This document shows, in pieces, positions 38,471 through 48,523 of a DNA stretch of 48,603 nt (position 1 is its first letter; the number at the start of each line of letters is the position of its first letter). A program made the translations under genes and the position numbers. The DNA comes from Gemmatimonadota bacterium (lineage in GTDB: Bacteria; Gemmatimonadota; Gemmatimonadetes; Gemmatimonadales; GWC2-71-9), in the NCBI GenBank assembly GCA_039586365.1, contig JBDHKN010000024.1, forward strand, positions 1 to 48,603. Reading direction: 5' to 3'. The notes under the pieces are model-generated. The model worked only from the letters and a program-made list of their open reading frames with translations, was not told the DNA's origin and searched no databases.

Positions 38471-40351
38471 CTATCTCACCACGCCTCCCTCTTCTAGCCA
38501 CTTCATTTCGTCACCCATCACGCGTTGTGCAATGCTGTAGATAGCGCGGTCGTCGTTGCTGAAGATACCCTTGAAGCGTTGATCGATGCGCCTGCGGGAA
38601 GCGCGGCAGAAACCGTCGGCCAGAGCGACGGCGGAAGCGGCCTGAGCCCGCTCCTCGGGTGACTTGCTGGTCTTGAAACTCTGGGCCTTGGCACATACCG
38701 CAGCCATGGCGAACAGTTCGGCACTTATCTCGACGAATCGTCCCAGTACCGCCTGCCGTTGCTCGAGTTTGGGTCCGTGAACTAGGATCGCATAGAACAG
38801 CTTTCGAGCGAGTTTCCGCGTCCGCCTGTTAGTGTACCTCAAGTGCCTAGCCAGGTTGCCGAATGCGCCGTAACGGGGCCACCAGCCCCAGCCCAGCCAA
38901 CGGGTCGGATACCACCAGGCGTAGTACGACGCAGTCCTGAAGAACGCAGGGATCTTCTGCCCGAACGACGCCTTGGGATCAACTATGGCGCCCGCGACCT
39001 TGAGGTGTGTGTCAACGGCTTCGCGAGCGATGAAGAGTCGCATGATCTCGCTCGACCCTTCGAAGATCGTGTTGATCCGGAAGTCGCGCAGCATCCGCTC
39101 CACCGGGACAGGGTCTTCGCCCCTTGCCCTGAGGCTGTCTGCCGTCTCGTAGCCTTTGCCGCTGCGGATCTGGAGCGTGTCGTCGACCACTTCCCAGCCT
39201 GTCTCCGTGCTCCACATCTTCGAAAGCGCTGCTTCGAGCCGGATGTCGAAGCCGCCCTTGTCAGCCATCAAGGTTGCGATCTCCTGCAATGCATCCATCG
39301 CGAAGGTGTTGGTTGCGGTTGAGCCCAGCATCTGGGCAACAGCGTCGTGTTCGCCAACCGGATGGCCCCACTGCACGCGAGTCCGAGAGAATTCCTTGGC
39401 AGCCTGAAGACAACACTTCCCTGCCGCAGCACAAGTCGCCGGGATCGTGAGCCTACCCGTATTGAGTGTCGTCAGCGCGAGCTTCAGACCTTTCCCCTCG
39501 GGCCCGAGCAGGTTCTCCTTGGGTACTCGCACATTGGTGAACCGGATCAGGCCGTTCTCGATGCCCTTGAGACCCATGAAGTGACAGCGGTGCGCGACCT
39601 CTACGCCGGGCCAATCCATCTCCACGATGAAGGCGCTGATCTTGCGCTCACCTGTCTTGGCCATCACGACGATGATCTCGGCCACCGTGCCGTTGGTGCA
39701 CCAGAGTTTCTCGCCGTTTAGGATGTATGCTTCACCATCGTCGCTGAGTGTAGCGGTGGTGGCCATACGTGCCGGGTCACTCCCCACGGCCGTTTCCGTC
39801 AGAGCGAAAGCGCTGATTGCTCCCTTGGCTAGTCGCGGGAAATACTTCTCCTTCTGTTGTTCGCTGCCGAAGTCTTTGAGCGGCTGTGGTACCCCGATCG
39901 ATTGATGTGCCGATAGCAACGTGGCAACGGACGCGTCTGCACTGGCAACCATGGAGATCGCGCGGTTGTAAACGGTTTGAGAGAAGCCCAGTCCACCGTA
40001 TTGCTCCGGGATCTTGATGCCGAAACAGCCGAGTTCCTTCAATCCTTCGACGACGTGCCGGGGAACCTTGGAGTTACGGTCGATCGCGTCGCCGTCGACT
40101 TGGTCTCTGAGGAACTGCTCGAGCCTGTCCAGCCAGGGTTGGGCACGCCGCATCTCGGCTTCGTTTACCTGGGGCCAGGGATGCAGCAGCTCGAGATGGA
40201 GCCGGCCGTTGAACAGCTCTTTTACGAAGCTGGGAGCCTTCCACTCCTTTTCCCGTGCAGCTTCAGCTACGGCACGAGCCTCTTCCGCACTCACATGTCT
40301 ACCATCGGGGGGGGCGGCACTCCACTTTCCTTCCGGCGCAGCAATCGTCAT
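38471..40351 (-). CDS. Acyl-CoA dehydrogenase (long, VLCAD/ACAD9-like)
   Basis: 'AHQSIG', 'FALTETAVGSDP', 'NGEKLWCTNG', 'LNTGRL' and 'RDFRINTIFEGSSEI'. Confidence 0.93.
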   Translation of the reverse strand: MTIAAPEGKWSAAPPDGRHVSAEEARAVAEAAREKEWKAPSFVKELFNGRLHLELLHPWPQVNEAEMRRAQPWLDRLEQFLRDQVDGDAIDRNSKVPRHVVEGLKELGCFGIKIPEQYGGLGFSQTVYNRAISMVASADASVATLLSAHQSIGVPQPLKDFGSEQQKEKYFPRLAKGAISAFALTETAVGSDPARMATTATLSDDGEAYILNGEKLWCTNGTVAEIIVVMAKTGERKISAFIVEMDWPGVEVAHRCHFMGLKGIENGLIRFTNVRVPKENLLGPEGKGLKLALTTLNTGRLTIPATCAAAGKCCLQAAKEFSRTRVQWGHPVGEHDAVAQMLGSTATNTFAMDALQEIATLMADKGGFDIRLEAALSKMWSTETGWEVVDDTLQIRSGKGYETADSLRARGEDPVPVERMLRDFRINTIFEGSSEIMRLFIAREAVDTHLKVAGAIVDPKASFGQKIPAFFRTASYYAWWYPTRWLGWGWWPRYGAFGNLARHLRYTNRRTRKLARKLFYAILVHGPKLEQRQAVLGRFVEISAELFAMAAVCAKAQSFKTSKSPEERAQAASAVALADGFCRASRRRIDQRFKGIFSNDDRAIYSIAQRVMGDEMKWLEEGGVVR

Positions 40352-40534
40352 CGTATGGTCTCTGGTTGGATCGTTCGCTGGCTGTGTCCTGGTCGTGCAG
40401 GAACAGCATCGGATCACGCGGTCAGTCACCTATGTTACAATATGTCACCACGTTACGTACGACGACAATGGCTGCAGCCGGGGGTATCGCGGCAATTTTG
40501 GGATAGCGGTTCTGTGGGGTATATTCGCTGAGTC

Positions 40535-41188
40535 ATGGTTACCGGAACTCCAGATGGGCCGCTATATCCATCGCGTTCGGGTGCCGGAGCTGCGCTGGGT
40601 GCCCAGCTGTACAAGAGGACGTCGCTTCCGGCTCTCGTCTTGGGAGTGACACCTACTGGTGTCGAGGTCGCCGCCAACGCAGCGAAGGCAATGGGCTGCG
40701 GCTTTGACGTAGTCGTGGCAGCCCATGTCAGAGTCGGCGATCTGGGCATAGTCGGAGCGGTCGCTGAAGATCACGCTGCGGTGCTCGACGGCGACTTCCA
40801 GCCACGCTTTGGAATGATGGATTACCTCGACGAGGCCATCGACAAGGCACGGCGTGCAATCAAGACGGAACGACTCCTGTTCCGGGGTCAAAGACCGCTT
40901 CGCTCAGTGGAGGGAATGAATGTCAGCTTGGTCGACGGGCATGCCACTTCACCGTGGAAGCTTCTGGCGGCTGCCGAGGCCATTGGCGAGATGGGTCCAG
41001 CACGGGTGCTCCTCAGTGCTGCGGTGGCAACCATCGATGTGCAAAACCGCATCCGCGCCCGCCGCTACGAGTTCGTGTGTCCCGCCGTCGTCACTGATCC
41101 CGGCGGTCACCCCAAACCATTCGGAGATCCGCAAGACCCCAGCGCCGAACGCCTCCGCAGCATCGTCGTTGCCCGCGAAGCCGCCTAG
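40535..41188 (+). CDS. Phosphoribosyltransferase-fold protein with degenerate motifs
   Basis: Collinear with the 'DRxxAGxxLA...VLALPRGG...ILVDDGxATG' PRTase family, but the motifs read VTPTG and LVDGHATSP. Confidence 0.65.
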   Translation: MVTGTPDGPLYPSRSGAGAALGAQLYKRTSLPALVLGVTPTGVEVAANAAKAMGCGFDVVVAAHVRVGDLGIVGAVAEDHAAVLDGDFQPRFGMMDYLDEAIDKARRAIKTERLLFRGQRPLRSVEGMNVSLVDGHATSPWKLLAAAEAIGEMGPARVLLSAAVATIDVQNRIRARRYEFVCPAVVTDPGGHPKPFGDPQDPSAERLRSIVVAREAA

Positions 41189-43688
41189 TATCGCAGCGGC
41201 GCTCGCGATCGTATGTGTCTGTGCTTCGCCTCTGGCAGCGCAATTGGTGCCTCCTGCGACCGGTGGAGTTGCTGCGTTGGACTTCCTACTCCAAAGGTTG
41301 GGTGAGACCCGACGTGTTCTAGTGATTGGGGCTCATCCTGATGATGAGGACACCGGTCTTCTCACCTATATTGCCCGCGGCTACGGCGCCGATGCTGCCT
41401 ACCTGGCTTTGTCGCGCGGTGACGGCGGACAAAACCTGGTTGGCGCTGAGTTGGGCGTCGACCTCGGTCTATTGCGCTCACGAGAATTGGAGGCTGCCCG
41501 TGCGGTTGACGGCGCGCGCCAGTTCTTCACGCGGGCCTTTGATTTCGGCTACTCGCGATCTGTCGATGAGACCGCCGGGCTGTGGTTGGCGGATTCGGTG
41601 CTCAAAGACGTCGTAAGGATCGTAAGGCGGTTCAAGCCTCACGTCGTCGTCTCGGTCTTTTCAGGTACGAACCGAGACGGACACGGCCAACATCAACTCG
41701 CAGGGCTCCTGGCAGGTCGCGCGTTTGAAACGGCGGGTGATCCCACGCGATTTCCTGAGCTGCAGTCCGAGGAAGGCCTCGATCCATGGACTCCCCTCAA
41801 GCTGTATCGTTCGAGCCGGTTCGATGCGAACTCGACGACCCTCCAGCTCGCCACAGGTGAGTTGGATCCACGGTCGGGGCGCTCGTACAACCAGATAGCC
41901 ATGGAGAGTCGCAGCCAACATCGCTCACAGGACATGGGTCGTCTCCAGCCCATTGGGCCAGCCTGGGCGCGCCTGAGGTTGGATCAAGACCGCACTGGAC
42001 CTGGGAACGGGCAGAGCGGACAGGGCATCTTCGCTGGTATCAGTAGAGACGAGTCGTGGCTTACTGGGCTTGCCGATTCGGTGCGCAATACGCTTGCGGC
42101 GAGCCGACTGCACGAAGCAGCAGTCCCCTTGGCCGGGGCGTTGGCTCTGGCACCCACTAGTGGGAGTGATCCTGAACGACGTCGCTTGCTCGAGCAAGCG
42201 GTCGCGGTTTCAGCGGGACTGGTGATCGACGGCCGGACAACGATAGGTACGATCGTGCCGGGGCAGCAGTTCGCGGTGACGGTGGAGCTGTACAATGCTG
42301 GTCCCTATGAGGTGAACCCTGCCGTCGTGGCCGTGATTGCACCACCAGGGTGGCAGGTAGAACTGGAAAGTGGCACGGTACCCAGAGTCGAACCTGGGGG
42401 GAAGATCACGGCGCAGTTCACGGTAACCGTCCCGCATGACGCCGAGCCGACTCAACCGTACTTCCTGCAGCGACCACTCGTAGGTGCCCTGTACGACTGG
42501 AGTACCGCTGAGCCCGAGGTGAGGGGGTTGCCCTTCCAGCCGCCTCCGGTGCGAGCGCGAGTCACCGCAACGGTTCTTGGAGCGAACCTAACACTCGAAC
42601 GCGAGATAACCTACCAGTACAACGACCAGGCGTTTGGAGAGATACGTCGCCCGCTTCGAGTAGTTCCGGAGATAGATGTGAAGCTCTCACCTGACCGGAT
42701 TGTCTGGCCGTCCGGCGCGGAGCAATACAAGACCCTCTCAGTCATTGTGACGTTGAACGGCCCAACGGGGGCAGCAGGAGAGGTTGGCTTGGAAGCCGAT
42801 GGCTGGCTTACTCCACCTGCGGAACCGTTCACGTTGGAGCAGCAACGTGAGTCACAGGTCTTTCAATTTCGGTTGGCGCGAGCGGATGGTATCGAGAATG
42901 CCCAGGTCCAAGTCAGGGCTGTCGTGCGCACGGACGACGGACGGCACTTCGAACGGGGCGTAATGTCGATTGAGTACCCGCACGTTCGTCCCACATCTCG
43001 GGTGATGGCCGCTGTCTCCGAGGTACGGGTCGCGCCGATCCAGTTACCCGATGTGAGCCGGGTAGGGTACGTCCGCGGAGCTGCCGATCGAGTACCTGAA
43101 GCACTGATGCAAATCGGACTGCCAGTTGAACTGCTGGGCGCCCATGAACTGGAGAGTGCTGATCTCTCGCCGTTCGACGCAATAATCATTGGCAGTCGTG
43201 CATACGAGACAGACCCTGCGTTGGTGCGACACAATCATCGACTGCTGGAGTACGTCCGCAATGGTGGTTGTCTTATGGTACAGTATCAGCAGTACCAGTT
43301 CGTGCGGGATCAGTATGCGCCGTATCCGCTCTCCATTTCACGGCCGCACGACAGGATCACCGATGAGACCGTACCTGTTACACTCCTGCTACCCGATCAT
43401 CCGGCATTGACCGTTCCCAATCGGATTGGATCAGATGATTGGGAGGGCTGGCCGCAGGAGCGCGGGCTCTACTTCGCGGGCACCTGGGACGCTGCGTACA
43501 CGCCTCTGTTGGAGATGTCCGATCCAGGCGAACAGCCCGTAAGAGGTGGCCTGTTGGTAGCGCAGTACGGCGAAGGGACCTATGTGTATACAGGCTTGAG
43601 CTTTTTCAGAGCGTTGCCAGCGGGCGTGCCGGGGGCGTACAAACTGTTTCTGAACCTGATCGGCCTGAATCAGGGGGCGGTGCAATGA
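41169..43688 (+). CDS. Secreted PIG-L/LmbE-family deacetylase with Ig-like (NEW3-type) and C-terminal GATase-like domains
   Basis: 'GAHPDDED', 'RGDGGQN', 'DFGYS' and 'HGQH'. Signal peptide ending PLAA-Q. TTG start at 41169 is approximate. Confidence 0.88.
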   Translation: MPAKPPSIAAALAIVCVCASPLAAQLVPPATGGVAALDFLLQRLGETRRVLVIGAHPDDEDTGLLTYIARGYGADAAYLALSRGDGGQNLVGAELGVDLGLLRSRELEAARAVDGARQFFTRAFDFGYSRSVDETAGLWLADSVLKDVVRIVRRFKPHVVVSVFSGTNRDGHGQHQLAGLLAGRAFETAGDPTRFPELQSEEGLDPWTPLKLYRSSRFDANSTTLQLATGELDPRSGRSYNQIAMESRSQHRSQDMGRLQPIGPAWARLRLDQDRTGPGNGQSGQGIFAGISRDESWLTGLADSVRNTLAASRLHEAAVPLAGALALAPTSGSDPERRRLLEQAVAVSAGLVIDGRTTIGTIVPGQQFAVTVELYNAGPYEVNPAVVAVIAPPGWQVELESGTVPRVEPGGKITAQFTVTVPHDAEPTQPYFLQRPLVGALYDWSTAEPEVRGLPFQPPPVRARVTATVLGANLTLEREITYQYNDQAFGEIRRPLRVVPEIDVKLSPDRIVWPSGAEQYKTLSVIVTLNGPTGAAGEVGLEADGWLTPPAEPFTLEQQRESQVFQFRLARADGIENAQVQVRAVVRTDDGRHFERGVMSIEYPHVRPTSRVMAAVSEVRVAPIQLPDVSRVGYVRGAADRVPEALMQIGLPVELLGAHELESADLSPFDAIIIGSRAYETDPALVRHNHRLLEYVRNGGCLMVQYQQYQFVRDQYAPYPLSISRPHDRITDETVPVTLLLPDHPALTVPNRIGSDDWEGWPQERGLYFAGTWDAAYTPLLEMSDPGEQPVRGGLLVAQYGEGTYVYTGLSFFRALPAGVPGAYKLFLNLIGLNQGAVQ

Positions 43689-44731
43689 CAGCTCTGGCAG
43701 TCCACCGGTGCGCCACTGCCTGCATAGTCATGGGGGCCATGTCCTGCAGTGGTGGCCGCGAGCCACTCGTTGTCTATTCCCCTCACGGTCGCGGACTGCT
43801 CACACTGGCGGAGCAGACATTCGAAGCCGCCAATCCGGGGATCGACGTGCGCTGGTTGGACATGGGGTCTCAGGACGTGCTCGACCGAATTCGGTCCGAA
43901 CGCTCCAATCCACAGGCGGATGTGTGGTTCGGCAGCCCGTCGATGTTGTTCAGCCAAGCAGCGGCTGAGTCGCTGTTGACTCCCTACCGGCCGAGTTGGG
44001 CGAGTGCGATTCCGGAACGGGGACGCGGGCCCGAGGACCTCTATTTTGCGGCGTACGAGACGCCCGCCGTGATCGCGTACAATTCCGCAGCGCTGCAAGA
44101 GAACGAAGTACCGCGCGACTGGGATTTGGTACTCGAGCCACGCTGGACCGGTCAGATCATCATTCGCGACCCGCTCGCGTCAGGCACCATGCGGGCCATC
44201 TTCGGCATGATTGTTCAACGGGGATTGCGAGAAACGGGAGACACAGCCGCGGGGTTCGAGTGGCTGAGACGACTCGATGCACAAACCAGTGAATATGTCA
44301 TCAACCCGGCCCTGCTGCATCAGAAGCTGGTGCGTCAAGAGGGCCTCATCACGCTGTGGGATCTTCCCGATATTCTGACTGAACAGCGCAAGGGAAATCC
44401 GCTGGATTTCCTGTTACCGACCAGTGGCACACCAGTGATAGAAGACGGAGTGGCGATCGTACGCGGTACCAATCGTCGGCAACTCGCCCAGCAGTTTGTG
44501 GAGTGGGTGGGGTCGATGGACGGGCAGTTGTTGGCTGCTCGGCGCGAGTTCCGACTACCAGCCCGGTCCGATATCCCCCTGGACTCACTGCCGGATTGGG
44601 CTCGCGAAGTGAAACAGCAGTTGGTGGCGGAGGAAATGGATTGGACTCTGCTGGGCGAGCAAGGCGCGTCATGGATGTCGTACTGGGATCGCAACGTCCG
44701 CGGTCGGGGCAAGGCTCAAACGGGGCGTTGA
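43685..44731 (+). CDS. ABC transporter substrate-binding lipoprotein (FbpA/AfuA-like)
   Basis: Lipobox-like GAMSC, 'LVVYSPH', 'ERSNPQADVWFG' and 'DPLASGT'. ATGA overlap with the upstream gene. Confidence 0.88.
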   Translation: MTALAVHRCATACIVMGAMSCSGGREPLVVYSPHGRGLLTLAEQTFEAANPGIDVRWLDMGSQDVLDRIRSERSNPQADVWFGSPSMLFSQAAAESLLTPYRPSWASAIPERGRGPEDLYFAAYETPAVIAYNSAALQENEVPRDWDLVLEPRWTGQIIIRDPLASGTMRAIFGMIVQRGLRETGDTAAGFEWLRRLDAQTSEYVINPALLHQKLVRQEGLITLWDLPDILTEQRKGNPLDFLLPTSGTPVIEDGVAIVRGTNRRQLAQQFVEWVGSMDGQLLAARREFRLPARSDIPLDSLPDWAREVKQQLVAEEMDWTLLGEQGASWMSYWDRNVRGRGKAQTGR

Positions 44732-45762
44732 TGGCAGAATCATTCCTCCAACTACGCAATCTCACCAAGCGCTTCAACGATCATGTTGCGATTCGCGACC
44801 TGACTCTGGCAGTAGAGCGGGGGTTGGTCCTGGCGTTGCTCGGTCCCAGTGGCAGCGGCAAAACCACGACACTGCGGTTGCTCGCTGGTTTCGAGCGACC
44901 TGATGAGGGTGCGATAGTCGTCGATGGTCGAGACGTCACCTCGGCAACTCCTGCGGCGCGGCGTTTCGGGATGGTCTTTCAGCACTACGCGCTCTTCCCC
45001 CACCTGAACGTCGAGCAGAACGTCGCATTTGGCCTGTCCGACATGACCCCAGCCGAGCGCCGCGTTCGCGTCGCCGCTGTGCTCGAGATGGTGGATCTGG
45101 CGGGATTCGAGCAGCGTGAGGTTACAGAGCTGTCAGGCGGCCAGCAGCAACGAGTTGCGGTGGCCAGGGCCTTGGCACCGGAGCCGCGCGTGCTGTTGTT
45201 GGACGAGCCTCTATCCAATCTCGATCCGGGCTTGAGGGAACGGACGCGGCGGGAACTGCGTGCAGCGCTGAGACAAGCTGGGGTGACCACGGTGTTCGTT
45301 ACCCATGAGCAGGAGGAGGCCTTCGCACTGGGGGACCAGATAGCTGTCCTGCATGAAGGTGCCTTGGAACAAGTGGGAGTAGCGCAGGACCTATACGATC
45401 AACCGGCGACCCAGTTTGTAGCAACCTTTGTGGGACGGGCCAGTGTCCTCAAGGGCAGCATGGTGGAGCCGGGACTCGTCAGGGTAGCCGACGGTGTCGA
45501 CTGGGTGGCGGACTCGATCGACCCGCCCGGAGCAGGCCAGGCCGTATCGGTTGTCGTACGTCCCGAAGCCTTCGAGTTCTCGTCCGGCACAGGCCTCAAA
45601 GGAACGGTCAGTGAATGTAGGTTTGTGGGGGCACGCGCCTTCTTCCTGGTAGATACGGCGGTTGGGACTGCAGAGGTTGAAGCCCCTGCACGCGCCGCAG
45701 CGGTAGGTGATCGGGTATCCATAACTGCTGCCAGGGTCCGGGTTTACCCGGTAGACTCATGA
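44731..45762 (+). CDS. ABC transporter ATP-binding protein (FbpC/PotA-like, TOBE domain)
   Basis: Walker A GPSGSGKT, signature LSGGQQQR, Walker B LLLDEP and a VTHEQ H-loop. Confidence 0.95.
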   Translation: MAESFLQLRNLTKRFNDHVAIRDLTLAVERGLVLALLGPSGSGKTTTLRLLAGFERPDEGAIVVDGRDVTSATPAARRFGMVFQHYALFPHLNVEQNVAFGLSDMTPAERRVRVAAVLEMVDLAGFEQREVTELSGGQQQRVAVARALAPEPRVLLLDEPLSNLDPGLRERTRRELRAALRQAGVTTVFVTHEQEEAFALGDQIAVLHEGALEQVGVAQDLYDQPATQFVATFVGRASVLKGSMVEPGLVRVADGVDWVADSIDPPGAGQAVSVVVRPEAFEFSSGTGLKGTVSECRFVGARAFFLVDTAVGTAEVEAPARAAAVGDRVSITAARVRVYPVDS

Positions 45763-47396
45763 GCCGGAGCCGATCTCGCGGCATACTCCTGACAGCCGTT
45801 CTAGTGTGGTTGGTGCTATATCCAATGGCACTGGTCTTTCTGGGCAGCATGCGTGGTGACGAGGGGTGGACCTACCAGTATCTGACCGCATTTGTCAGCG
45901 AGACTCAGGAGTGGTCCGCGCTCTGGAACTCGCTGTGGATTTCTGCCGCCAGCGTCATACTGGCTGGAATGGTCGGCATACCGTTGGCATTCGTGTTCGA
46001 GCGCTTTGACTTTCCCGGGAGACGGATCCTCGGAGCGTTGGTCGCTCTTCCGGCGGTCCTACCGCCGCTGGTGGGGGTCATTGCCTTCGAATTCCTCTAC
46101 GGCAGCAGCGGTTTTGTGCCCCGCGCAATCGTCCAGCTGTTGGGTCTCGAGTCCTCTCCGTGGCAACTGCGGGGTTGGGCAGCGATCCTGCTGGTGCATG
46201 CCTACTCGATGTACGTGTACTTCTATCTCTTCACCAGGGCGGGATTGGCCAAGGTGGACAGCTCAATGATCGAAGCTGCCCACTCACTAGGCCACGGTAC
46301 CGCGAGTACACTGTTCCGTGTGACCCTGCCGCTGTTGCGGCCGCAGATAGGTGCCGCAGCACTGCTAACGTTCATGACGGCGCTGGGATCGTTCAGCGCG
46401 CCGTACATCTTCGGTGGCGGCTTTCGGGTGATGACCACGCAGATCGTGATGAGCAAGCTGAATGGTGATCTCGCGATGGCCATGGTCGAGACCGCGGCTC
46501 TCGCAGCCGTTGCCTTGGTCACGCTCGTACTGCTCCGGCGCGTGATGGGGACCCGTTCGGTCGCTGCTATAGGGAAGGGGGCAGCTCCGGCAACGCGACA
46601 ACTCGAGCAGCCGGTTGTCCGCTGGGGCGCTGCCGCCATAGGCTGGACGTTTGCTCTGCTGCTGCTGCTCCCGCACGCGACATTGTTCTTGGTGTCTTTC
46701 ATCCCCGTCGGCACCTGGACGACGCAGCTCGTGCCACCGGAGTACACGCTGGGCAACTACCGCGCCTTGGTTGCCGAAGCGGAGCGGTTACGCCCGCTGG
46801 TCAACTCGCTCTGGATGGCGACGGTGGCCACCGCCGCCGCTCTCGCATTGTCACTGTGGGCCGGGAGACTCGTGGTGCAGCGCAAGGTGAGTTTGCGCAA
46901 CACTGTAGAGACGCTGACCACGGTACCGTGGGCGGTGCCGGGGACGGTGTTGGCAATAGCGCTGGCTACGACATTCAGTGTGCGCGCTCCTTGGGTAGGT
47001 CGCTGGCTGTTGGTCGGAACCGTAGTCATCTTGCCACTCGCCTATATGGTTCGGAACATCCCGGTCGTTGCCGGTTCGGTACTAGCCGGTTTCCGGCAAC
47101 TCGATCCGTCACTGGATGAAGCGGCTGCATCTTTGGGTGCGAGCCGTTGGAGCACAATTCGTCGCGTCACCGTGCCGCTGCTCCGTCCCGCCATACTCGC
47201 CGGGGCTGCGTTGGCGTTCGCCACCGCGTTGGGGGACTTCGTCACCTCCGTAGTGTTGTACACTTTCGAGACACGACCGATTTCGATAGAAATCCTCTCG
47301 GCACTCAGGGAATTCGACATCGGCGTGGCCGCCGCGTATGGCGTGGTATTGATGCTGATATCGGCTGTGGCCATGGCTGTGGGGACGCGGCGATGA
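45759..47396 (+). CDS. ABC transporter permease (FbpB-like, fused double TM domain)
   Basis: Two EAA loops ('IEAAHSLG', 'DEAAASLGA') and about 12 TM helices. Confidence 0.92.
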   Translation: MSRSRSRGILLTAVLVWLVLYPMALVFLGSMRGDEGWTYQYLTAFVSETQEWSALWNSLWISAASVILAGMVGIPLAFVFERFDFPGRRILGALVALPAVLPPLVGVIAFEFLYGSSGFVPRAIVQLLGLESSPWQLRGWAAILLVHAYSMYVYFYLFTRAGLAKVDSSMIEAAHSLGHGTASTLFRVTLPLLRPQIGAAALLTFMTALGSFSAPYIFGGGFRVMTTQIVMSKLNGDLAMAMVETAALAAVALVTLVLLRRVMGTRSVAAIGKGAAPATRQLEQPVVRWGAAAIGWTFALLLLLPHATLFLVSFIPVGTWTTQLVPPEYTLGNYRALVAEAERLRPLVNSLWMATVATAAALALSLWAGRLVVQRKVSLRNTVETLTTVPWAVPGTVLAIALATTFSVRAPWVGRWLLVGTVVILPLAYMVRNIPVVAGSVLAGFRQLDPSLDEAAASLGASRWSTIRRVTVPLLRPAILAGAALAFATALGDFVTSVVLYTFETRPISIEILSALREFDIGVAAAYGVVLMLISAVAMAVGTRR

Positions 47397-48523
47397 GGCG
47401 AATCTCAGTGCTGATGGCAACGGCGTTCGTGGACATGTTGGGGTTCGCGATGGTCTTTCCGCTGCTCCCGTTCTACGCCCTGCGGCTCGCCGCCCCAGAA
47501 TGGATGATCGGGTGGATGATCGCGATCTTCTCCATTGCTCAGCTCGCCTCGGCCCCGGTCTGGGGGCGTCTGTCCGATATGTATGGCCGTAGACCTGCGA
47601 TAATAGCAGGGCTCGGGGCATCAGCCGTCGCTTTCGTTGTATTCGGTCTGGCGACTTCGATCTGGATGCTGTTCCTATCGCGGCTCATCCAGGGGTTTGG
47701 CGGAGGCACGACCGGAGTACTGCAGGCGTATGTGGGTGACGCAGTTGAACCAAAAGACCGTGCAAGGGCGCTGGGTTGGCTCACGGCGTCGACCAGCGCC
47801 GGCGTCATGATCGGTCCCGCTATCGGATCGCTCGCATTCAGCCTCGGTCCCGCCGCTCCGGGTCTGATCGCCGCGTCTTTCTGTCTCATCAACGTGGTGT
47901 TTGCTGGACGCTGGTTGCCGGAGTCGGTATGTCACGACGCCGACCCGCTGGCCGGCCGACAGGCTGACTTGCGCGCGGGTCCCGCTAAGTCAATCAAGCG
48001 GACAATCTGGGAGGTGATCAGAACTCCGAGACGCGATGTCTCGAGATTGATCTGGATATATGCACTGGGCATGCTCGGCTTCATGTCGACAACGGCAGTC
48101 CTGGCACTATATCTGGAGACCAGATTCGGGGTTACTGAGAAGACGATCGGCCTATTCTTCGTCTACGTTGGTGCCCTGGGTGTAATCATGCGGGCACTGT
48201 TGCTGGGCAGACTGGTGGACTGGTTGGGAGAGGTGAGAGTGATGCAATTCGGGGCGACGTCGCTGGCCTTCGGAATCTTGATGATCTCTCAGGCCAACTC
48301 CGCTTTTGTGCTCGGTGTCCTGATGAGCTTCATCCCTATCGGTACAGCCTGCCTGTTCCCTTCTGTTTCAGCGCTGGTAACGCACCGGGTTCCCAGAAGC
48401 GAGTTCGGGCAGACGTTGGGTGTGCAACAGACGTTCGGAGGAATGTCTCGAGTGATAGGTCCCATCTGGGCGACGGCTGCGTTTCAGGCACTCGGTGTGC
48501 AAGTACCGTTCTATCTGGACTAG
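47393..48523 (+). CDS. MFS transporter (TetA/DHA1-like); last TM helix interrupted by an in-frame TAG, and the frame stays open to TAA at 48601
   Basis: Motif A 'GRLSDMYGRR', 'SRLIQG' and 'GPAIG'. The ORF stops at 'PFYLD*', while the same frame continues 'CVVLLVLFLTLRID...'. Confidence 0.85.
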   Translation: MRRISVLMATAFVDMLGFAMVFPLLPFYALRLAAPEWMIGWMIAIFSIAQLASAPVWGRLSDMYGRRPAIIAGLGASAVAFVVFGLATSIWMLFLSRLIQGFGGGTTGVLQAYVGDAVEPKDRARALGWLTASTSAGVMIGPAIGSLAFSLGPAAPGLIAASFCLINVVFAGRWLPESVCHDADPLAGRQADLRAGPAKSIKRTIWEVIRTPRRDVSRLIWIYALGMLGFMSTTAVLALYLETRFGVTEKTIGLFFVYVGALGVIMRALLLGRLVDWLGEVRVMQFGATSLAFGILMISQANSAFVLGVLMSFIPIGTACLFPSVSALVTHRVPRSEFGQTLGVQQTFGGMSRVIGPIWATAAFQALGVQVPFYLD

